Below are positions 21,097 through 28,294 of a stretch of 32,000 nt of DNA, piece by piece. The first letter of the stretch is position 1. The number at the start of each line of letters is the position of its first letter. Origin of the DNA: Pirellula staleyi DSM 6068 (GTDB taxonomy: Bacteria; Planctomycetota; Planctomycetia; Pirellulales; Pirellulaceae); NCBI GenBank assembly GCA_000025185.1, contig CP001848.1, forward strand, positions 2,880,001 to 2,912,000, read 5' to 3'. The position numbers and the translations under genes were made by a program. Below the pieces are notes generated by a model. That model did not search any database, was not told where the DNA came from, and was given only the letters and a program-made list of their open reading frames with translations.

Positions 21097-22062
21097 CTAA
21101 GCGATCAAGCTCCGCAGCGTTCGCAAGTTCACCACATCCCAAGGCTCTTCGTCGGCATCTTCCTTGGGAGTTTCCAGGTACATCGGCACCTTCGTGAAGC
21201 GCTTGTCGTTCAGCAAGTGACGAAACGGCTCGAGCCCCAAACATCCTTGCCCGATATGCTCGTGACGATCGACGCGGGAACCGAGTTCCTTTTTGCTGTC
21301 GTTCAGATGAAACGCGCGGATGCGATTAATTCCCACCGCGTTCTCGAGGCTCTCGAACGTAGCGTCGAATTCTTCTTTCGTGCCGAGGGGATAGCCGGCT
21401 GCAAACGTGTGGCAGGTATCGATGCAGACTCCGAGCCGATCGGCCTGTTTCACCTGCGCGATGATTTCGCCGAGATGCTCGAATTTCCAGCCGAGATTGC
21501 TCCCTTGCCCGGCGGTGTTCTCGAGCAAGATTTGGGCGGTGGCGTCGGGAGCGAGCGTATGAATTTTGTCGATGGCTGCGGCGATGCGCGCAAGGCCAAC
21601 CGCTTCGCTCGAAGTGGTGAACGAGCCCGGGTGCATCACGACCCCGAAAATTCCGAGCTGACTAGCGCGACCCAGTTCGATCACCATCGCTTCGATCGAC
21701 TTTTGCCACAGTTCTTCGTCGGGAGAAGCAAGGTTAATCAGGTACGAAGCATGCGCCAGCGGAAGCGTGATCTTGTGCCGAGCGAGCGCCTCCTTGAACT
21801 GCTGCTCTTCCTTGTCACTGATCGCCTTGGCCCGCCACTGGTTATTGTTTTTGGTCAAGAGCCCATCAAATTGAACGTCTGTTTTCTTTGCTCGACTTGC
21901 CTGAACGAAAGGCCATTGCGAGGGACTGCCGGTAAAAATCTGAACGACATCACAACGGACGTTCGCTGCGGCTTCCGCCGCTTTGTGAAGTCCACCAGCA
22001 ATCGACATGTGTGCGCCCAGCAAAGTCACGAGATCGGTCCACCATTTTTGAGAAGTTTTCAA
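21097..22062 (-). CDS. nfo: Endonuclease IV (deoxyribonuclease IV, AP endonuclease family 2)
   Basis: 321 aa. LGAHMSIAGGL near the N-terminus, HPGS, CIDTCH, and a metal-ligand pattern RAFHLNDSK...DRHEHIG typical of Nfo. Confidence 0.9.
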   Translation of the reverse strand: MKTSQKWWTDLVTLLGAHMSIAGGLHKAAEAAANVRCDVVQIFTGSPSQWPFVQASRAKKTDVQFDGLLTKNNNQWRAKAISDKEEQQFKEALARHKITLPLAHASYLINLASPDEELWQKSIEAMVIELGRASQLGIFGVVMHPGSFTTSSEAVGLARIAAAIDKIHTLAPDATAQILLENTAGQGSNLGWKFEHLGEIIAQVKQADRLGVCIDTCHTFAAGYPLGTKEEFDATFESLENAVGINRIRAFHLNDSKKELGSRVDRHEHIGQGCLGLEPFRHLLNDKRFTKVPMYLETPKEDADEEPWDVVNLRTLRSLIA

Positions 22063-22197
22063 GGAAAGGCTCGGGTTTGCGAGCTAGCAACGCTAAAAAG
22101 GTCCCTGCGAATCAACTCCGAAAATAGCAGTCGTGAGCATCCGCAGCACCGATACCGAGGTTGTTCCATAATTTTCGTCGGAAGGAAAGTAGTAGCG

Positions 22198-22890
22198 ATG
22201 ACTACCGAATACGACTATGTCGACGCCTACGAAATGGCGTGCGCCGCAATCAGGCCCGCAGATCCGACTGTTTACATCGAGCCGATTTCGAAACTGACAA
22301 AGAGGGATCGAGTCGCAATCGTCTGCCGCGTTTCACTAGATAAGCAGTCTCATTGCCTCGAAGAACATGAGGGGCAACTTGCCGCAGAAGTAGATAAAGC
22401 AGGCGCAACTTTTGTCAGGGTATTTTCTCGAGTCACGTCCGGTTGCCACTCTGACTGGCTTCGAAACGTTGCAAGGAAAGCGAGAGCGGCAGGAGCTAAC
22501 GTGCTGCTGGCACGTGACACCTCCCGTTTCGTCAGGCACCCCAGCTTTCACCTGACCAAGAGGCCATCACTGTTGCCCCGAGCCGAGGACTTCGAGCGGG
22601 CCAAGGCCAATGCAGATGGGCTCCGCTTGATGACCCTCTTTGCGCCAGACGCTCCAATCGATGAAATTCGCCTTAGGCGTACTCGAAAGAAGGCAGGTCG
22701 TAAGCCTAAACGACGAAACAAGCCGAACCATAGACAGGCCTACGCGATTGAAAAGGTTACGTGGGCGCGACGTCTAGGAATGAGGAGTGTTAGAGAAATT
22801 GCCAAGTTCCTGGAACGTCCACCGTCCACTATCCAGGGTTGGTTGAAGCAGTACGACGAACATTTCGAGCAGCTTTGTCGGCAAAATTAG
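22198..22890 (+). CDS. Divergent resolvase-like (serine recombinase N-terminal domain) protein with a C-terminal HTH-like segment
   Basis: The ATG at 22198 lies within the long 21217-22890 ORF, whose upstream part is antisense to nfo. RVAIVCRVSLDKQ resembles the catalytic RVS..Q block, and ANVLLARDTSRFVR resembles the vlv..lDRlsR block. A basic stretch and MRSVREIAKFLERPPSTIQGWL (HTH-like) lie at the C-terminus. This is a motif-level call only. Confidence 0.5.
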   Translation: MTTEYDYVDAYEMACAAIRPADPTVYIEPISKLTKRDRVAIVCRVSLDKQSHCLEEHEGQLAAEVDKAGATFVRVFSRVTSGCHSDWLRNVARKARAAGANVLLARDTSRFVRHPSFHLTKRPSLLPRAEDFERAKANADGLRLMTLFAPDAPIDEIRLRRTRKKAGRKPKRRNKPNHRQAYAIEKVTWARRLGMRSVREIAKFLERPPSTIQGWLKQYDEHFEQLCRQN

Positions 22891-22928
22891 CCGGGGTGTA
22901 CGAAGTTTTGTCGCAAGACTTGGTGAGG

Positions 22929-22967
22929 AACGCATTTCACACTGAAAATTCTGCGACGAAATGCGTT
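22929..22967 (+). other. 10-bp inverted repeat/hairpin downstream of the resolvase-like gene
   Basis: AACGCATTTC (22929-22938) and GAAATGCGTT (22958-22967) are perfect reverse complements with a 19-nt loop. No T-tract follows. An AT-rich stretch follows before the next gene. Confidence 0.3.
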
Positions 22968-23099
22968 TCGGGCTCCACAGAATTCAAAAAGGGATTCATG
23001 ATACTATGTTATTTCTTATTTACTTCGTTCTGAGCAACTTTTCTTTAGCGATTCCTTCAGCGGACATCGAGTTTACAAGTTCATCAGGGTAGGCCTCTC

Positions 23100-23840
23100 A
23101 TGGCAAAGCAATCCAGTGGTCGATGCAAGTCGCTCAAGTCTGCGTACTCGGTTTTCAACAAGGGCATTCAGACCGCAAAGCGAATTTACGGTCCGGCGAG
23201 TAAGTGGCTCGAATACTCCCACGAGTCGTTTAGCGACAAGTCTTACCATCCGAGAGTTGCAGAGAAAGTTATCGGACTTGCTTTTTTGAGCATGGTGGCA
23301 GCGTGGGAAGAGTTCGTCGAAGAAGTTTTCCTCGGCTACATGGCTGGTGCAACAACTCCAGATGGCTACGCTCCAGAACTAATGATTGGGAAATGCCAGA
23401 ACAAAGTTCATGCGATGCAGGTTCTGGGGGCAGCCGTGAATGGCGATCCTGCACGGGCTCTAAAATGGAGTGACTGGCCCTGGGTTTCGAATGTCGCGAA
23501 AGTCCACTTTAAGTACGGTGCACCATTCACCTCATTGCCGAAACTTTACCTAGAGCGACTGAAGGACGCCCAAGGGATACGCAACCGAGTGGCCCACAAC
23601 TCGGCAAAGGCAAAGAAAGGTTTCAAGACACTCGTAAATCGACTAGTTGGCGAAACTGACAAGAGCCCGCTTCCCAAAGGCATGGCCCCTGGAACGTTGC
23701 TTGCCTGTGAGCCGGAAGCCGGGCTTTTTCCTGTGTTCACAATCTGTCCGATCGATGACTACGAATGGCCAGATTTCTTTTGCAGCTATACTTCGCTGTA
23801 CCTCGAAGCAGCTTCCCTCCTGATTCCAGTGGAGCACTAG
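23100..23840 (+). CDS. HEPN-motif protein (Abi/RiboL-PSP-HEPN-like putative RNase)
   Basis: 246 aa. An R-x4-H motif with Asn after the Arg (RNRVAH, nt 23580-23597) sits in a predicted helical context (LKDAQGIRNRVAHNSAKAKKGF). An upstream AAWEEFVEEVF helix resembles Abi-type HEPN families as I recall them. No search was run. Confidence 0.5.
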   Translation: MAKQSSGRCKSLKSAYSVFNKGIQTAKRIYGPASKWLEYSHESFSDKSYHPRVAEKVIGLAFLSMVAAWEEFVEEVFLGYMAGATTPDGYAPELMIGKCQNKVHAMQVLGAAVNGDPARALKWSDWPWVSNVAKVHFKYGAPFTSLPKLYLERLKDAQGIRNRVAHNSAKAKKGFKTLVNRLVGETDKSPLPKGMAPGTLLACEPEAGLFPVFTICPIDDYEWPDFFCSYTSLYLEAASLLIPVEH

Positions 23841-24070
23841 GGGCTGAGTTAAGGAGATCCCCCTCTGACGATAGACTGGCTTGTTGAGTGACGAACAAAC
23901 GCCATCGGAGACGACCTCTCCTCGTTCGCTCCTAGCTCTCATGCGTTCAAGCGACTCGGAACTGCATGAGATGCTTGCAACGCTTCTCCTTCAAAATTCA
24001 AGGCTACCAGGAGTCTTGATGATTTCAGTGAATCGGCGTATTCTCGGGCATACCTAATCAGGAGGGTAAT

Positions 24071-24991
24071 ATGTCAGAAGTAGAAGCTGCTCAAATGCTT
24101 CAAGAGATGATCGACAAGCACTTTCGACAAACTTTGGAATGCGCCAAAAAAGTAATTGCTTTGTCTGCTCGGTCTGCGAACGAAAGCGATAGAAGGGATA
24201 CCTACATCGCACTCGCTAAAGCTACGACTGACTACCTGAGCTTTTTGCCTGAATCCCAGAAGCCATCGTGGCTTAAACAGATCGACCTCGCAGTCAAGCG
24301 GGCGGCAAACGAAATCCACAGTCAGGATAGGTGCTACGGACTCGCAGAGACAATAGCAGAGAACTATCACAAAATCACTAGGATCCAGCTAAGAATGCCT
24401 TCTGATACGAAGGTATTCAATTTTGATGAGATATTCGCGGAACTTAAGCGAAAGCATAATTTAACAGAAGTGTTTGATAGGCTCGCGGAAGAGATGCTGC
24501 AGATTCTGGCGACAAACGAAATTGATAGTGTCACAATAACAGATGTCCTCAATGAGATTATCGCCGTCCTGAAGGCCAATCGTGATGGATCGCCAGTAGC
24601 TATGAAGGGATCGGTTTCTACTGCAAGGTTCGGCTGGAATATAGCCTATGAGTTCTTGAAGACATATGTCCCGGGAGTTCAGCCAATTGCAGACGGAATT
24701 GACCGAACACTAAATGAGTGTGAGGAAAAGTTAGAGCAGATCGAAAATGGCTTTAATTCGCAGGTAACTATCGCTTTGTTGGATTCCGTAAAGTCTCTCG
24801 CTTCAATGCAAGCAAAAATGGCAAAGGATGTCGAATACTTGGCGGACTGTATGAAGAACGGAAAAATTCTAGTGATCGAAGGGAGGTGTTCGTCAGTGCC
24901 CGGCGTGTTGCAACAACAGCTCGGCAATGTCTTGGGCATCGACTACTCACAAAGTGAATCTAGCGATAGTAAGGAACTAGGCAAAAGCTAG
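24071..24991 (+). CDS. Hypothetical, predominantly helical protein with no recognisable motif
   Basis: 306-aa ORF with an AGGAGGG Shine-Dalgarno sequence 6 nt upstream of the ATG. GC is very low relative to the core. Heptad-like Leu/Ile/Glu-rich stretches suggest an alpha-helical or coiled-coil fold. Confidence 0.6.
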   Translation: MSEVEAAQMLQEMIDKHFRQTLECAKKVIALSARSANESDRRDTYIALAKATTDYLSFLPESQKPSWLKQIDLAVKRAANEIHSQDRCYGLAETIAENYHKITRIQLRMPSDTKVFNFDEIFAELKRKHNLTEVFDRLAEEMLQILATNEIDSVTITDVLNEIIAVLKANRDGSPVAMKGSVSTARFGWNIAYEFLKTYVPGVQPIADGIDRTLNECEEKLEQIENGFNSQVTIALLDSVKSLASMQAKMAKDVEYLADCMKNGKILVIEGRCSSVPGVLQQQLGNVLGIDYSQSESSDSKELGKS

Positions 24992-25060
24992 TTTAGATTG
25001 CAGTACTCAAGGAATTTTATGCATGCCCTAGGGCGATCTCGGCTTAGTTTTTTATGGGAG

Positions 25061-26521
25061 CTAGCTGCGTCCTAAGTAACTATCAATTAGTCGCATAATC
25101 TCAGAAGCCAGTGCTTCTGCGGTGCTTTCGTCAAGGCAAAATTCAACTAAATAGGACATCCCACTCGCGGATCGTAGCGTGCCGTCCAGCTTCAGCTGCC
25201 TTTCGATAGCTAGCAGTAGTTCGGAATCTGTAGGGTGAATGTTATTCAGTGTTGTGTTTGAAATTGCATCTTTAAAGAAGCTATCCGGAAACAATTCGAT
25301 GATTTTCTGAGCGGAAAGTAGCTTTAATGTGGTTGGGCTCAAGTTGATTATGTATACGCCATTCGCAATGTCTCTGATTTTCTTTGGTCTGTCACCTTTG
25401 GGTTCATCGTCTATCAAGAGAATGTAGAGGCGATCGCTTTGCACGAGTAATGAAAACAGTCTTTCTGAAGCGCTTGCAGAACCAATTGAGATGGTAGCTA
25501 CGCTCTTCACGCCTAGTTTTTTTGCAAGATCTAGGTGCCTGATTACTTGGTCAATCAAGAGTTCGTCTGTCTTGCCTTCGACTAGAAGGCAAACTTCCAG
25601 GTCGGCACGATTGCGATTGGGCTTTTGTGGCGCGAGTTCTTTTTGGGTTTTCTGGGCTGCAGCGAATCCTGAATAAAACCGTTCAATTCCCGGTATTCTT
25701 CCAACTCTAGGAAAAAGAGGTTTCCAGCCATTGCCTGTCCCCCAAATTATAGGGAGTGAGACATTGGGGGTGTTATGCCTAAACGCAAGCAAAGCTCCAA
25801 CGTTTCCAAATCCTAAATCAGATCTAGTGCAGCACCGATTGTAGTACTTTAATCTGTCAAGGTACTTTTGCCTGCTCGCATGATCAAGTCCGTCGTAAAG
25901 TGTTGCATCGAGAACGCTCGCTGTATCCAGGTTCGTGTATGTATATGCAGAGAAAGTGTGTGCTGCTGTAGTGCTTTCGACCTTCGATACGCCGTCCGAG
26001 AATCCACAGATTGAGAGTACAAAAACATTCTTAATACCCAGAGCCGTTGCTTCCTCGATTACCTTATTTGCTTCTCGTGATGCAGATTCGCCAGTCCCTA
26101 TTACGTCGTCAATTAAAACCACATTTACAACTTTTCCAGATCGAAGATTAACCTCCCAGTTCTCGTCAGAGAAGTTTCCCTCTGGCAGTTCATTAACAAT
26201 GCGAAACTCGTAGGCAACCATCGCACCACTTTTGCCAACATCTCCAATCGCTGCAAACAAAGTGTTTTCAGTAGTAATCTTGGCATCGCGATCAACGGCT
26301 TTTCTTTGAAGTCGGGTGTACGCAATTGATAGTCCACTTCTGATCTCTTCTGGGCCAAGTACATTCAAGTGTTGAACAACGCGACTAGCTAGTTCATAGT
26401 CTGTCGGGTCAAACTGAAGGATCCAGTCTACTACTCTCTCAAACTGAACTGTAACCGACCAGCACTTGACGATTGGTTCAAGTTTTTCAAGGAGCGGTCT
26501 GACTTCGCGAGGGAGCATCAT
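25061..26521 (-). CDS. Fusion protein: phosphoribosyltransferase (PRTase) domain plus a C-terminal TOPRIM (DUF4435/OLD-like) domain
   Basis: 486 aa. A PRPP-binding loop VVLIDDVIGTGES is encoded at 26084-26122 (minus strand), with four hydrophobic residues, then DD, then the TG.S phosphate loop. TOPRIM signature: LLVEGKTDE (25562-25588) supplies the conserved Glu and ILLIDDEPKGD (25391-25423) the DxD. The gene lies in the lowest-GC part of the window. Confidence 0.7.
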   Translation of the reverse strand: MMLPREVRPLLEKLEPIVKCWSVTVQFERVVDWILQFDPTDYELASRVVQHLNVLGPEEIRSGLSIAYTRLQRKAVDRDAKITTENTLFAAIGDVGKSGAMVAYEFRIVNELPEGNFSDENWEVNLRSGKVVNVVLIDDVIGTGESASREANKVIEEATALGIKNVFVLSICGFSDGVSKVESTTAAHTFSAYTYTNLDTASVLDATLYDGLDHASRQKYLDRLKYYNRCCTRSDLGFGNVGALLAFRHNTPNVSLPIIWGTGNGWKPLFPRVGRIPGIERFYSGFAAAQKTQKELAPQKPNRNRADLEVCLLVEGKTDELLIDQVIRHLDLAKKLGVKSVATISIGSASASERLFSLLVQSDRLYILLIDDEPKGDRPKKIRDIANGVYIINLSPTTLKLLSAQKIIELFPDSFFKDAISNTTLNNIHPTDSELLLAIERQLKLDGTLRSASGMSYLVEFCLDESTAEALASEIMRLIDSYLGRS

Positions 26522-26542
26522 GGCGGTATATCGTGGTTTGAT

Positions 26543-26675
26543 TTGGTGTAGGTTTAATTGGTGATATTAGAGAGTTTAGTTGGTGAGCAAATACTTTGGA
26601 AGGTTTCTTCTTGAGTAACGGTGATATGGCAGGGCAGGGTCTACCCTCTGCCATCTATCGCATCGGTCCTCTGCC
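26543..26675. repeat. Cluster of short repeats in the divergent control region between the PRTase-TOPRIM gene and the resolvase operon
   Basis: TTGGTG occurs at 26543, 26558 and 26580. GGTGATAT occurs at 26560 and 26620. An imperfect hairpin ATGGCAG...CTGCCAT spans 26626-26654, with an inner GGG/CCC stem. CCTCTGCC occurs at 26645 and 26668. Confidence 0.35.
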
Positions 26676-26753
26676 GTGAGTCTCTCTAGCACTCGCGAAA
26701 ACAATACCTCTCTTTTGCCCGAGAGTTTCTAGCGTCAAGTCGCTTTCCCCGTT

Positions 26754-26779
26754 CCCAATTCTACAGAATTGGGTTGACG
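26754..26779 (+). promoter_or_regulatory. Perfect palindrome abutting a -35-like hexamer upstream of the small ORF/resolvase operon (operator or recombination-site candidate)
   Basis: CCCAATTC-TACA-GAATTGGG (26754-26773) has 8-bp perfect arms and is followed immediately by TTGACG (26774-26779). I could not identify a convincing -10 element. Confidence 0.35.
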
Positions 26780-26842
26780 CCTCCCGGTAACGGGCCCTAG
26801 CGTGTAGTGGTCGGATGTTCACTACGCAAAAGGAGCAGGCAG

Positions 26843-27148
26843 ATGTCAGCGAAGAAATCGAAACCCGTGAAGAAAGTCGACAGCACCCCAGCCCCAGCGA
26901 GCAAACGCGAATCGCGTCGAATCACGATCCTGGGCTTCTCCGCCACTTCAATGCTGAAATGGATGGGAATGAACGGGTGGACCCGCGAAGCCGCTGTAAA
27001 AGCCTTCTGCGGGCTCTCAGAGGGTGGAGAACTCGCTCCCTCGACGATCAGCACGGGTTTGAGCGACGGACGGAACCCAAAGTATCGCAAGGGGGCCGCA
27101 ACTCCCTCAGCCGCTCAGGTCAAGCAACTCAAGGCAGCAGCGAAGTGA
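26843..27148 (+). CDS. Small basic hypothetical protein upstream of the resolvase (possible accessory DNA-binding or directionality factor)
   Basis: ATG at 26843 is preceded by AAAGGAG (26829-26835). It is 101 aa. Third codon positions are strongly G/C-biased in this frame, which supports it over the overlapping open extension of the resolvase frame. It ends 8 nt before the resolvase ATG. Confidence 0.55.
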   Translation: MSAKKSKPVKKVDSTPAPASKRESRRITILGFSATSMLKWMGMNGWTREAAVKAFCGLSEGGELAPSTISTGLSDGRNPKYRKGAATPSAAQVKQLKAAAK

Positions 27149-27156
27149 GGAACGTC

Positions 27157-27843
27157 ATGCAATCGAAACGAGTAGAAGCGTTTGGCTACGTTCGAGTATC
27201 AGGGAAGGGGCAAGTAAAAGGACATGGCCCCACGCGACAAAAGGAAGACATTCAGCGTTTCGCAGAGTCGCAAGGATTCGAAGTAGTGCGAGCCTTCGAG
27301 GATGCGTGGTCGGGCACGGAAGCCGATCGCCCCGCGTTTGTCGAGATGCTCAGCACGATAATGGGCGGCGGGCCTCGTGTGGTGATTGTCGAATCGCTCG
27401 ACCGTCTCTCGCGTGACCTCATGATTCAAACGCAGTTGCTGGCGAAGCTCGTCACTGAGGGCATTCGCTTGATTGCTGCGAATACGGGTGAGGATGTCAC
27501 TGCTGCGATGCAGGACGATCCCATGCGCCGTGCGATGATTCAGATTCAGGGAGTGTTTGCAGAACTCGATAAGTCGCTTCTCGTCCGCAAGCTACGCAAG
27601 GGACGCGAGAGCAAGCGGCAGTCCCAAGGCAAGTGCGAGGGGCGTAAAGCATTCGGCGAGAAACAAGGCGAGCAAGCGATTGTTGCGAGGATGCTCGAAT
27701 TGCGACGCAAGCCAAAAGGTGGTGCCCGTCGCTCGTTTCAAACAATCGCTGAAATTCTCAACACTGAGAAATTACCAACGCGAACAGGGCGTCCTTGGTC
27801 TGGCTCCACGGTTGCCGCAATTATCTCGCGTTCTCGGTGTTGA
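27157..27843 (+). CDS. Small serine recombinase (resolvase/invertase family)
   Basis: 228 aa from the ATG at 27157. FGYVRVSGKGQ contains the catalytic Ser. VVIVESLDRLSRD is the conserved DR..R block. A C-terminal HTH-like SFQTIAEILNTEKLPTRTGRPWSGSTVAAII is present. Confidence 0.9.
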   Translation: MQSKRVEAFGYVRVSGKGQVKGHGPTRQKEDIQRFAESQGFEVVRAFEDAWSGTEADRPAFVEMLSTIMGGGPRVVIVESLDRLSRDLMIQTQLLAKLVTEGIRLIAANTGEDVTAAMQDDPMRRAMIQIQGVFAELDKSLLVRKLRKGRESKRQSQGKCEGRKAFGEKQGEQAIVARMLELRRKPKGGARRSFQTIAEILNTEKLPTRTGRPWSGSTVAAIISRSRC

Positions 27844-27928
27844 GTTTTGAATTAGGAGGTATTAAGTTCGCACGCTATTGCACCACAGATAGTGGTCAGA
27901 TGTACCCTAGATAGCGAGCGAATGGGTC

Positions 27929-28294
27929 ATGGCTAAGTCCCGAGAACAACAACCAAAGTCGGTAGCAATTCCTGAGAAGTTTGTGCCTCAGTTCTGGGAT
28001 GCTGTAGACGGACGTTGCGGGATCGTGAAAGAGATTCGACGCCGCTACGAAATCTTGAAGCAGGACGCAGGCGTCGAAAGTTATCAAAAAGACCTGCTCT
28101 GCCAGCGTGCAATCTTTATCGGCGTGCAACTCGAAACCATGGAGTGCATCGCCGCCGCTGAAGGCAAGTTCGATCCCGGCTGCTATACGCAGATGGTGAA
28201 CGCTTTTTCTGGTCTTCTCTCGAAGCTCGGCCTCGAGCGTCAGTTTCCCAATCGCAAGACGCTCAAGGCCTATGTGCAGGAGCTTGAGGAATGA
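27929..28294 (+). CDS. Putative terminase small subunit (assigned by position only)
   Basis: 121 aa. Its stop overlaps the terminase large subunit start (ATGA at 28291-28294). I recognise no sequence motif; the call rests on synteny. Confidence 0.4.
   Translation: MAKSREQQPKSVAIPEKFVPQFWDAVDGRCGIVKEIRRRYEILKQDAGVESYQKDLLCQRAIFIGVQLETMECIAAAEGKFDPGCYTQMVNAFSGLLSKLGLERQFPNRKTLKAYVQELEE

Noticed and set aside
22063-22088. Possible att-type direct repeats. GGAAAGGCT and CGGGTTTGC at 22063-22080 recur at 31284-31292 and 31242-31250, upstream of the first and third recombinase genes.
   Set aside because: These are only two 9-mers, they occur in a different order and spacing at the two sites, and one is purine-rich and resembles a Shine-Dalgarno sequence. 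Chance matches are plausible at this length. I would revisit this only if an empty-site comparison supports it.
24992-25060. Bidirectional terminator between the convergent 306-aa gene and the PRTase-TOPRIM gene (GCCCTAGGGC palindrome plus TTTTTT)
   Set aside because: The palindrome has no loop and could form at most a 3-bp stem, which is not a credible intrinsic terminator. It is noted only as a palindrome.
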